From Promethearchaeia archaeon (GTDB taxonomy: Archaea > Asgardarchaeota > Lokiarchaeia > Sigyniarchaeales > SOKP01), in contig JAHQWH010000015.1 of NCBI GenBank assembly GCA_029856105.1, forward strand, positions 1 to 64,000: DNA of 64,000 nt, given 5' to 3'. Both the position numbers and the translations under genes were made by a program. Below the pieces are notes generated by a model. That model was not told where the DNA came from. It made no database searches and saw only the letters and a list, made by a program, of their open reading frames with translations. Every line of letters begins with the position of its first letter. Position 1 is the first letter of the stretch. This document shows positions 48,658 through 57,804 of the stretch, one piece after another.

Positions 48658-48766
48658 AGCCAGCGATGGGATTTGCACCCATGATGCTGAAAGCAACGGC
48701 TCTGCAGGCCGCCTCCTTACTACTCCCGCAACCAAGATAAATCTTGGTCATCTCGGATACGCTGGC
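48658..48766 (-). tRNA. tRNA-Cys(GCA) with a 29-nt intron at position 15/16 (48751-48723) and a long variable arm
   Basis: Acceptor GCCAGCG/CGCTGGC + U73; anticodon arm GCGGC-CTGCAGA-GCCGT; T arm ATGGG-TGCAAAT-CCCAT; relaxed bulge-helix-bulge around the D-loop insertion. Confidence 0.88.
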
Positions 48767-48932
48767 AAATTTTTATTTTTTATTTATTTTTTTTAAAAAT
48801 CAATGTTTATTAATTTTAAAAAGTAAATTATGCTAAAAATTTTGTTGTTAATGTGATAAAAATGTTTGTTCTAACTCTTTAATTCTATTCATTAAAACTA
48901 GAAATAATATAAAAAAATTTAGATCAAATTGG

Positions 48933-49460
48933 CTATTTAAAACATTTTCCACAACATTGACCATTTAAATTTGAATTTAAACTACAACTATCGAAATTAA
49001 AATCAAATGGCAAAACAAAATCATTCGTAACATCGGTTATTATGTCCACATAAACCGAAGAGACGTTAGAATTCTTTCTAAAGTGATTATTAACCATCTC
49101 ATCAATATTAGCTAGTTTAGTACCTATTACAAGAACACTGAGATTATAAGTGCCACTTAATCGAAATGCGTTTAGCATGTAAGGACAGTGTTTAACTAAT
49201 TCTATGGTTTTGTTTGGTTCTAAAGATTGAATTTCAACTCGTGCAAGGATTAAATCCATGGTTTTAACATTTATACCCGCTTGAAATTTTAAGACTCCCG
49301 CTTTTTCAAGCTTCCGAATCCTCATTCCGATCGTTGGTTGGCTCCGATCAACTCTTTTTGCGATTTCTGTATGAGTAAGCGTAGGCTCCTTTTGAATTAT
49401 TTCAATTATATTCTTATCAATCTCGTCTATTTTAAAGACTTGACTTTCCATTATCTCCAT
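48933..49460 (-). CDS. Lrp/AsnC-family transcriptional regulator with Cys-rich tail
   Basis: IDEIDKNII...HTH...RIRKLEKAGV; RAM-like domain; ends CS...CCGKCFK. Confidence 0.88.
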   Translation of the reverse strand: MEIMESQVFKIDEIDKNIIEIIQKEPTLTHTEIAKRVDRSQPTIGMRIRKLEKAGVLKFQAGINVKTMDLILARVEIQSLEPNKTIELVKHCPYMLNAFRLSGTYNLSVLVIGTKLANIDEMVNNHFRKNSNVSSVYVDIITDVTNDFVLPFDFNFDSCSLNSNLNGQCCGKCFK

Positions 49461-49625
49461 CTTAAATTTTTAATTTTTTACTTATATTCATTAATAACGA
49501 TATGCCGATATATAAATGTTACGATGGTTTATTAATAAAATATTAATTAATATTAATAAATCATTAAAAATATCTTTAAAAGCGATTAAAATCAATATAC
49601 CTAAAATACGATAGGATATTATTAA

Positions 49626-49961
49626 ATGAGTGAAAGTAAAATAGAGTTTATTGAGTTTTTAAGAGTTTTAGCAGATCAGACTCGATTAGATATACTAGAT
49701 TTATTGCGATATGAGAAAAAGACTTCTTCTGAAATTCAAACAGCCTTAGACAAGTCTCAATCTACAATTTCTCAACACTTAAAGGCTCTAAGTAACAAAA
49801 ATCTCATTATTTTTGATAAAAATAATAATGTTAAGTCCTATAAAATTAAGGATCCAAATATCTTTAAGCTCTTAGAAGAAATTAAATCTTTTGTTGTAAA
49901 AATTAATCAAGAAAAACTCAAAGACTTGAGAGATTTAGACGTAATAGATACGTTATCGTGA
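49626..49961 (+). CDS. ArsR/SmtB-family winged-HTH regulator
   Basis: LADQTRLDILDLL and SQSTISQHLKAL motifs. Confidence 0.9.
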   Translation: MSESKIEFIEFLRVLADQTRLDILDLLRYEKKTSSEIQTALDKSQSTISQHLKALSNKNLIIFDKNNNVKSYKIKDPNIFKLLEEIKSFVVKINQEKLKDLRDLDVIDTLS

Positions 49962-49988
49962 TTAATCGATTTTTAATCCCTTATTTAA

Positions 49989-50540
49989 ATGAATACAGCG
50001 ATGAGAGAAAACACAACAATTAACGCAAAAAAAGTATTAATCATGGGGTTAGATAATTCCGGTAAAACATCTATCGTATTATGTTTGAGGGGTGTGAAGA
50101 ATCTTTCGTCGTTTTCCTCGCTAAATCCTACGAGAGGGTTTAAGATCAATAAATTCCAAGCATTAGGCTCAGAATATAGCATCTGGGATTTCGGTGGGCA
50201 AGAACAATTTCGAGAGGGTTATTTAAACGACTTTCAAAACCACATAAAAAAAACTAATAAGTTCATTTATGTTTTGGACATCCAAGATCAGGAGCGGTTT
50301 AATAAATCGTTAGACTACTTAGATAAAATCGTTATCCTATTAAGGAAACATAAAGTAAATATTGATTTCTCTATATTTTTACATAAATACGATCCAGATT
50401 TGGAATTCACAAATAAAGAATTTATTGATAAACTGGTTTCTGATTTAATCAGAAATATAAAAGAATTAATTCCAAACGATTTTACGTATCAAATTTACAA
50501 AACATCGATTTATACTGTTTTTCAAAAATTTGGAATATAA
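49989..50540 (+). CDS. Small Ras-superfamily GTPase, Rag/Arf-like
   Basis: G1 GLDNSGKTS, G2 PT, G3 WDFGGQ, G4 HKYD, G5 TSIY. Confidence 0.92.
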   Translation: MNTAMRENTTINAKKVLIMGLDNSGKTSIVLCLRGVKNLSSFSSLNPTRGFKINKFQALGSEYSIWDFGGQEQFREGYLNDFQNHIKKTNKFIYVLDIQDQERFNKSLDYLDKIVILLRKHKVNIDFSIFLHKYDPDLEFTNKEFIDKLVSDLIRNIKELIPNDFTYQIYKTSIYTVFQKFGI

Positions 50541-50566
50541 AAAATAAGAAAAGGAATGGATATTTT

Positions 50567-52786
50567 TTGATTAGCAAAGTGAAAGATTCAGAAGCATCGA
50601 TAATTCGGGGTTTTTTAAACGATTATACAATATTAATAGTGATATTATTTCTTACCTATTTAACAAGTCTCTATAGTTACTTACTTTTTCATTCAATAAT
50701 TGAAATAATTAGTATTGTTATTTCAGGGGGGATTTTTATTGTTGGTTGGCACTCAAGAAAATACATGAATAGCTCCTTCTTTTTGGTAGTAGGTATTTCT
50801 TTTCTTTTCATAAGTATAATTGATTTACTTCACACCTTAGCCTACTCAGGAATGGGGATTTTTCTTGAATTCGACGCGAATCTTCCAACGCAATTGTGGA
50901 TTGTAGCCCGATATTGGCAAGCACTCTCCTATTTATTTGCTTCTATGGTCATAAAAAAAAAGATTAAAGCTAATTATTTATTCGTAAGCTATATCATTAT
51001 AATTCTTATTTTATTAACCACCATATTTCAAGGTTTCTTCCCTGTATGTTATATCAAAGGTTCGGGGCTCACTCCTTTTAAAATAATTAGTGAATACGCA
51101 ATTGATACAATTCTTTTTGTTACACTAATAGTATTATACAAGCATAAAGACGAGTTTGCTGAGAAAATATTTCTTTTAATTGTAATATCCATTATTGCCA
51201 CAATGATCTCAGAATTGGCGTTTACTTTCTATATTAGTGTATTTGGCTTCTCAAATTTTATTGGTCACATTTTTAAAATAATTGCCTTTTTCTTTGTCTA
51301 TAAGGCAATAATCGAATTGGGCATAGAAACTCCATTTGATTTATTATTTAGGAAGTTGAAGTTGAGCGAGGAATCTTCGATTGAAAAAGCGAACCAATTA
51401 GAACAAGCTTACTCTGAATTTAACCAAATGTTCAACGCATCTCTACCATTAAGGGTAATCAGTAATAACGGCGATATTTTGCGAGTTAATGAGACATACG
51501 CTTCTCTTTTCCACTTAACCAAAGAAGACCTTATAGGTAAAAAATGTTTTGACCTTCAATTAGGGTACGAACATCGATGTCATACAGAAATATGTTCAAG
51601 GAATCAAATTCTAGATGGAAAAGACTATTATGAATATGAATTAATCACAAAATTCGATGACGGTACTAAGATTGTTAGTCTTGTAAGATCAGTTCCTCAT
51701 AGAAGTGCAAATGGTGAAGTCATTGGACTGATACAAAATTTTACTAATATTACTGAGCGTAAATTTGCGCAAGAAAAAATTGAGGATATGGCAAGGTTTC
51801 CAATGGAAAATCCTAACCCCACATTAAGAGTAAGTAACAATTATATTCTTTTAGCAAATAAAGTGAGTCAATACTTATTCTTAGTCGGAGAAGGGAGTAA
51901 TATCCCTAAGTTTTTACAGGAACACATCCATAAAGCCTTTTCTGAGAACCTTAATTTAGAAATAGAGTTGAATATTAAAGATCAAATTTATTCTCTTTTC
52001 ATTGTACCAATGAAAGATAGAGGATATGCAAATATATACGGTATGAATATTACAGCTCGGAAAGAAGCTGAAAAAAGCTTGGAACGCTTTGTTTCAACGG
52101 TATCGCATGAATTAAGAACCCCAATTTCGGTTTTAATTATGTCGCTTGATTTTTTAGATAATCATTCTGAAAAAGTTACTCCAGGTATAGAAAAAAAATT
52201 GCAGGAAGGAATCAAAAGAAACATTTATCTTCTAAAAGAATTAGTTGACGATATTTTAACGTTATCAAGAATAGACGAGCGTAAATTAAAACTAAAGTGG
52301 GACGAGTATAATCCACTTAAGATTATGGGTGACATATTAACTTTAATGGAGCCTATTGGAAATGCGAAAAATATTACTTTTAGCGTAGATATAGATAAAA
52401 ACATTAAATTGTATGGGGATAAAACAAAAATTGACCAAATATTTCGTATTTTTATCGATAACTCCATAAAATATTCAAAGGAGAGTAACAAAATAGAGAT
52501 TAGAGCTATTAATCATTATAAAGGGAAATACAACATAGAGGAAAAAGATGGTGTTTTATTCCAGATTAAAGATTATGGAGTAGGAATTTTGGAAGAAGAT
52601 TTGCCATCTATTTTTCAAAGATTTTTTAGATCTGAACAAGTAAGCAATATTCCAGGTACGGGGTTAGGATTATCTATAGCAAAAGAACTATTAAAAATTC
52701 ATGGTGGCGAAGTATGGGTTCAAAGCGATTATGATAAAGGATCAACTTTTTCTATTTTTCTGCCGATAATTGAAAAAAGAATATAA
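50567..52786 (+). CDS. Membrane sensor histidine kinase (MASE3 + PAS + HisKA + HATPase)
   Basis: YLLFHSIIE, DLLHTLAYSGM and QLWIVAR (MASE3-type); SHELRTP; NSIKYS, DYGVGI and GTGLGL. Confidence 0.92.
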   Translation: MISKVKDSEASIIRGFLNDYTILIVILFLTYLTSLYSYLLFHSIIEIISIVISGGIFIVGWHSRKYMNSSFFLVVGISFLFISIIDLLHTLAYSGMGIFLEFDANLPTQLWIVARYWQALSYLFASMVIKKKIKANYLFVSYIIIILILLTTIFQGFFPVCYIKGSGLTPFKIISEYAIDTILFVTLIVLYKHKDEFAEKIFLLIVISIIATMISELAFTFYISVFGFSNFIGHIFKIIAFFFVYKAIIELGIETPFDLLFRKLKLSEESSIEKANQLEQAYSEFNQMFNASLPLRVISNNGDILRVNETYASLFHLTKEDLIGKKCFDLQLGYEHRCHTEICSRNQILDGKDYYEYELITKFDDGTKIVSLVRSVPHRSANGEVIGLIQNFTNITERKFAQEKIEDMARFPMENPNPTLRVSNNYILLANKVSQYLFLVGEGSNIPKFLQEHIHKAFSENLNLEIELNIKDQIYSLFIVPMKDRGYANIYGMNITARKEAEKSLERFVSTVSHELRTPISVLIMSLDFLDNHSEKVTPGIEKKLQEGIKRNIYLLKELVDDILTLSRIDERKLKLKWDEYNPLKIMGDILTLMEPIGNAKNITFSVDIDKNIKLYGDKTKIDQIFRIFIDNSIKYSKESNKIEIRAINHYKGKYNIEEKDGVLFQIKDYGVGILEEDLPSIFQRFFRSEQVSNIPGTGLGLSIAKELLKIHGGEVWVQSDYDKGSTFSIFLPIIEKRI

Positions 52787-52850
52787 ACTAACTTCTCCTT
52801 ATTCTATCCTAATAGACATTTAAAACAATACAAATTCAGTCAGATTTGAT

Positions 52851-53747
52851 TTGAAACCTCTAATTCTTATTGTTGAAGATAATGTTGATTTGTTGTACAA
52901 TATAAATTTAGTGTTAGAATCGAATAATTATAAACCGATTACTGCTAAAAACGGAAAAGTAGCTCTAAAAATTCTTTCGGAACTTGAACAGATTCCTGAT
53001 ATTATCATTAGCGATATAATAATGCCTGAAATGAATGGTTATGAGTTTTTTAGAGTGATATCCAAAGAACCTCGATGGAATCGAATTCCTTTCGTTTTTC
53101 TTTCTGCTCGCACTACTCCTAAAGATATTAGACTTGGAAAGTTGCTAGGAGTAGACGATTATTTAACAAAGCCATTTGACGAAAAAGACTTGTTAGCTAT
53201 AATATCTGGTAAAATTGCCCGTATTAATAGAGTAAATGCTTTAAACAACAAAATCGATGAAGTCTTTTCAACCATGGATATCGAAATGAAGATGTCGGCT
53301 ACTAGTGACCATGGAGAATTTATATGCTTATTACTAACCTTTTGGGACGATAAGTTTGGTCCCAATTTAAATTGCTATTACCCTGAAGAAAAAGATTTTT
53401 CCATATCCTTAGACGATATTTCAAATCAATTGTTTACGGTAGCAAATTCCATTTATGGTCAAAACAAAATAACTAAGGCTGAAGGTGTTTTATTAAACAT
53501 TGAAAATTTAAATAGTCGTGGATACCTTTTTTTTGATTCGTATCCTGATAAAGAAGAGAGATTTGGAGAAAAACAATATATGATTGCAATTATCGCTCCA
53601 TTAATAAACTATTTTCATACTTTAAAGATTAAAGATGTATTTACTGATTTATCAGATAAGATTAAAAATAAATTGAATTGGAACATCAAAGAATATTGGA
53701 AAAGAGTTTACGATATTTTGTTGATTGAAACAATACAAATAGAATAG
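52851..53747 (+). CDS. Response regulator: receiver domain + longin/uDENN-like output domain
   Basis: REC: VED, D55 (SDIIMP), FLSA, KPF. C-terminal FWDDKFGP..YYP and DKEERFGEKQYMI. Confidence 0.8.
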   Translation: MKPLILIVEDNVDLLYNINLVLESNNYKPITAKNGKVALKILSELEQIPDIIISDIIMPEMNGYEFFRVISKEPRWNRIPFVFLSARTTPKDIRLGKLLGVDDYLTKPFDEKDLLAIISGKIARINRVNALNNKIDEVFSTMDIEMKMSATSDHGEFICLLLTFWDDKFGPNLNCYYPEEKDFSISLDDISNQLFTVANSIYGQNKITKAEGVLLNIENLNSRGYLFFDSYPDKEERFGEKQYMIAIIAPLINYFHTLKIKDVFTDLSDKIKNKLNWNIKEYWKRVYDILLIETIQIE

Positions 53748-53792
53748 TATAAAAAATCTTTAACTATTTTTAATTTTATTTAGTATTTTTAC

Positions 53793-54731
53793 CTAAAAGC
53801 GATACAATTCTGTTGAGAGATATTTTTCTCCTCCGTCAGGTAAGAGTGCAACGATATTTTCTCCTTCTACGAAATCTTTTGAAGCTTCGAAAATTGCTGC
53901 CCATGCACAGGCTCCTGCTGAAATTCCAATGAATATGCCTTCCATTCTAGCTAATTTTCTAGCCGTCTCGATGGCATCTTTGTAGTCAACCTTTATAATT
54001 TTGTCGTAAATTTTAATATTTAACACTTCGGGGATAAAACCAGCACCTATACCTTGGATTTTATGAGGACCTGGTCTCTCACCTGATAAGATCGCAGAAT
54101 CCTTAGGTTCTACTGCGTAAACCTTCATTCTCGCCCCAACCCTATCTTTTAATACCTCACCGACTCCTGTTATTGTTCCACCAGTCCCTATTCCAGCAAC
54201 AAACCCATCCACTTGACCGGCTAAATCGTTAAATATCTCTATAGCTGTAGTTTTTCGGTGTATATCTGGGTTAGCTAGGTTTTTAAATTGTTGAGGGATG
54301 AATACTTTTCCTTTTTCTTTAGCTATTTCTTCCGCTTTTGAAATCGATCTTTTCATACCACCTTCTTTTGGGGTTAAAACTACCTCAGCACCAAAGGCTT
54401 TTAGAATTTGGACTCTCTCGATAGTTACGCTTTCGGGCATTACTAAAGTTATTTTATATCCTTTTGACGCACACACAAGCGCTAGACCAATGCCCGTATT
54501 TCCAGAAGTAGGCTCTACTATGGTTGTATCTTTATCAATAAGACCTTCCTCTTCGGCTTTAAGTATCATGTTCATTCCAATTCTATCTTTAACGCTACCC
54601 CCAGGGTTAAAAGACTCCAATTTTACAAATACATTGGGCTTAACGCTTCCAACGATTCTGTTTAATTTCACTAAGGGCGTTTTCCCAATTGCTTCAACTA
54701 TATTTTTATAATAATTTGCCATTAAATCCAC
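53793..54731 (-). CDS. cysK: Cysteine synthase (O-acetylserine sulfhydrylase)
   Basis: NPGGSVKDR, TSGNTG, GTGGT and HKIQGIG motifs. Confidence 0.96.
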   Translation of the reverse strand: MDLMANYYKNIVEAIGKTPLVKLNRIVGSVKPNVFVKLESFNPGGSVKDRIGMNMILKAEEEGLIDKDTTIVEPTSGNTGIGLALVCASKGYKITLVMPESVTIERVQILKAFGAEVVLTPKEGGMKRSISKAEEIAKEKGKVFIPQQFKNLANPDIHRKTTAIEIFNDLAGQVDGFVAGIGTGGTITGVGEVLKDRVGARMKVYAVEPKDSAILSGERPGPHKIQGIGAGFIPEVLNIKIYDKIIKVDYKDAIETARKLARMEGIFIGISAGACAWAAIFEASKDFVEGENIVALLPDGGEKYLSTELYRF

Positions 54732-54765
54732 CTATTTATTTTACAATCATTAAAGATTTTCCACT

Positions 54766-55611
54766 TTATATTCCACTACCATTTTCTCCGTAAAATATTT
54801 CGATATCGTCTTCTGTTGGTTTCGAACTATGAGGAAAATGTTTCTCCAATTCTTTGATTCTTTTATTTAAACTCGAGAAAGCGATTGAAATTGGGTCGGG
54901 AAGTTCACCGTGGCGCAAATCAATTTTTTCGATTTTTTCTCCTTTTTTCGATACAATTTTCGCAGGAACCCCTACGACTACGCAATTTGAAGGCACATCG
55001 CTAACAACCACGGAATTTGCGCCAACTCTCACGTTTTCTCCAAGAGTAATAGGTCCTAAAATCTTTGCGCCAGTACCAACAACAACATTATCACCTAAAG
55101 TGGGGTGCCTTTTTTTTTGTTCCAAATTAGTACCCCCTAAAACTACGCCTGCGTAAATCGTTACATTGTTTCCAATCTCAGTTGTTTCCCCTATAACTAC
55201 TCCGGCTCCGTGGTCTATAAAGAATTCGCTACCAATCTCTGCTCCTGGATGAATTTCTACAGCAGTCAGATCTCGTGCGATACCAGAGATATATCTAGGT
55301 ATGTATGGTAATCCTAATTTCCAAAAGAAATGCGCAATGCGATATAGTAATACGGCTTTAATCCCAGGATAACTTGTTAAAACTTCAATTAAGGTGCGTG
55401 CAGCGGGATCTTTATTAAACGCAGCATTCACATCCGAAACAAAGAAATTTAAGATACCTTGAAGATACTTGTTAATTTCTCTGTAATCTAAATCCTCCGT
55501 TTTAAATTCTAATTTTAGCAAACAATCTGTGCATTGGTTCCTTCCACTTATTGGTTTAAAACCTAACTTTTTACCACAAGATAAACATCTAAGAAAATCA
55601 TCCGTTTCCAT
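54766..55611 (-). CDS. cysE: Serine O-acetyltransferase with N-terminal zinc-ribbon extension
   Basis: DPAA, EIHPGA, FIDHG, RHPT and VGVPA motifs; N-terminal CLSC...CTDC. Confidence 0.94.
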   Translation of the reverse strand: METDDFLRCLSCGKKLGFKPISGRNQCTDCLLKLEFKTEDLDYREINKYLQGILNFFVSDVNAAFNKDPAARTLIEVLTSYPGIKAVLLYRIAHFFWKLGLPYIPRYISGIARDLTAVEIHPGAEIGSEFFIDHGAGVVIGETTEIGNNVTIYAGVVLGGTNLEQKKRHPTLGDNVVVGTGAKILGPITLGENVRVGANSVVVSDVPSNCVVVGVPAKIVSKKGEKIEKIDLRHGELPDPISIAFSSLNKRIKELEKHFPHSSKPTEDDIEIFYGENGSGI

Positions 55612-55745
55612 TAAATTATCCCTCTCATTTTTTTGGAAATTTATTTATTCTTACTTAACTAAAAAATCTGTTTTATCAAATAATTTATGTTTATGAATAA
55701 TAAATTTTTAGAATAATCAAAATTTTATTAAATAGAGGTTTAAAG

Positions 55746-57608
55746 ATGGAATTTGGATATAGTGACAAAATATTAAGAGTTAATTTATCAAATGATAAGA
55801 TTAGTGTAGAACATCCGGAAGAAAAATTCTATAGGAAATATATTGGTGGAGAGGGTTTTGTTGCGTATTATCTTTTAAAAGAATTAAAACCTAACATAGA
55901 TCCTCTTGGTCCCGAAAACAAGTTGGTTTTTGCTACGGGTCCTATAACGGGCGTATCTATCGCAGGAGCGGGAAGAAATAGCGTTGGTGCAAAATCGCCC
56001 TTAACAAACGGATTTGGTGAAGCTGAAGTGGGGGGATATTGGGGGCCAGAGTTGAAAAGAGCTGGTTTCGATGCAATAATTATTGAAGGAAAAGCAAAAA
56101 GTCCAATTTTTATATGGATAAAAAATGAAAACGTTGAAATAAGAGACGCTAGTCTTATCTGGGGAAAAACAACCGGCGAAGCTCAACAAATAATAAAAAA
56201 CGAATTAGACGATAAACTTGTGCATATAAGTCAGATTGGCCCAGGAGGCGAGCATTTAGTGCGGTATGCTTGTGTAATAAACGATCTTCGTAGCGCTGCA
56301 GGTCGAACAGGTATGGGAGCCGTCATGGGTTCTAAAAATCTTAAAGCCGTAGTTGTGAGGGGTAATAAGAGACCTAAAGTGGCTAACAAGGAAAAGTTAA
56401 GAGAATTAAGGGATTCTTTTAGTAATAACTACTTGAAAAATTATAAAGAATATTACTCGTATGGAACTGGTGGAGGTGTAATGGAAATGTTTGCCACTAT
56501 AGGGAACCTTCCAACTCGAAATTTTAAAGCAGGGGGGACTAATAGGGCAAAGACTCTAGACCCTAAAATTAACAAAGAAGAAATTAATCTAAAAATGGAA
56601 ACTTGTTTTGCGTGTCCAATTAAATGCAAAAAGGTGGTACAAATTAAAGAACCGTGGGTCGTAGATCCAATATATGGTGGCCCAGAATACGAGACTCTTG
56701 CTGCTTTCGGCTCTAATTGTGGAATTTATGACTTAAAAGCTGTGTGTAAGGCTAATGAACTTTGTAATAAGTACTCAATTGATACGATCTCTACTGGTAT
56801 GAACATTAGTTTTGCCATGGAGTGCTTTGAAAATAACATATTAAACGAATCCGATACAGGAGGGATAGTCTTAAAGTTCGGTAATTCCCAAGCCATGATT
56901 CAAATGATTGAAAAAATTGCTAAGCGAGAAGGTTTAGGAGATATCTTAGCTGAGGGCGTAAAAAGAGCCGCCGAAAAAATCCAAAACGGAGCGCAAGAAT
57001 TCGCTATCCATGTGAAGGGTCAAGAACTTCCGATGCACGAACCACGCTTTAAGCAAGGATTGGGGTTAGGATACACGATTTCACCAACAGGAGCAGAACA
57101 TATGCATAATCTCCACGATACAGCTATTGCAAGTGAAGGCTCGATTGCTAATTTTAAGACTCTTGGAATTTTAACACCACTCCAACTTGATGATTTGAGC
57201 GCAAAAAAGGTTCGAGCCTTAATATATCAGATGAATTGGTGTGCTTTAGTTAATGCTCTCGTAATGTGTTATTTTGTGCCGTGGAATCCATTTGAGCTAA
57301 CAGAAGTAGTTAGAGCTGTTACTGGTTGGAATACCTCAACTTTTGAATTGATGAAAGTAGGCGAGCGAATAATGAATATGACCCGAATATTTAACTTAAG
57401 AGAAGGATTTACGAGTGATGACGATCGTTTACCAGACAGATTCTTCCAACCTCACACTTCAGGAGCTCTAGCTGAAACATCTATCGATTTAGAAAAATTT
57501 AGTGAAGCTAAAAATATCTACTACGAAATGATGGGTTGGGACAAAAATGGTGTTCCGTCAAAAATAAAATTGGACGAACTCGATATTAGTTGGGCTAATA
57601 GTTTTTGA
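55746..57608 (+). CDS. aor: Tungsten aldehyde:ferredoxin oxidoreductase family protein
   Basis: KSPLT, AAGRTGMGAVMGSKNLKA, CFACPIKC, GPEYET and DTIS motifs. Confidence 0.94.
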   Translation: MEFGYSDKILRVNLSNDKISVEHPEEKFYRKYIGGEGFVAYYLLKELKPNIDPLGPENKLVFATGPITGVSIAGAGRNSVGAKSPLTNGFGEAEVGGYWGPELKRAGFDAIIIEGKAKSPIFIWIKNENVEIRDASLIWGKTTGEAQQIIKNELDDKLVHISQIGPGGEHLVRYACVINDLRSAAGRTGMGAVMGSKNLKAVVVRGNKRPKVANKEKLRELRDSFSNNYLKNYKEYYSYGTGGGVMEMFATIGNLPTRNFKAGGTNRAKTLDPKINKEEINLKMETCFACPIKCKKVVQIKEPWVVDPIYGGPEYETLAAFGSNCGIYDLKAVCKANELCNKYSIDTISTGMNISFAMECFENNILNESDTGGIVLKFGNSQAMIQMIEKIAKREGLGDILAEGVKRAAEKIQNGAQEFAIHVKGQELPMHEPRFKQGLGLGYTISPTGAEHMHNLHDTAIASEGSIANFKTLGILTPLQLDDLSAKKVRALIYQMNWCALVNALVMCYFVPWNPFELTEVVRAVTGWNTSTFELMKVGERIMNMTRIFNLREGFTSDDDRLPDRFFQPHTSGALAETSIDLEKFSEAKNIYYEMMGWDKNGVPSKIKLDELDISWANSF

Positions 57609-57804
57609 ATTATCAAATCTTATAATCTTTTCTACTCTCTAATTTTAAAAATAAAATTTATTTTAATTCCATATACAATCTTTACGAAAAAAACCTAAAA
57701 TTATACTAATATATAAATAAAAAAAATTTCACTTCAGTATTTGAAGAGTAATCACCAAATTTAGAGATCATAAAAAATTTGTTCTTATAGGTTGAGAAAT
57801 ACGA

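Noticed and set aside
48658-48766. tRNA-Sec, suggested by the long arm and the nearby selenoprotein
   Set aside because: The anticodon is GCA rather than UCA, the fold is 7/5, the discriminator is U73, and it is adjacent to cysS.
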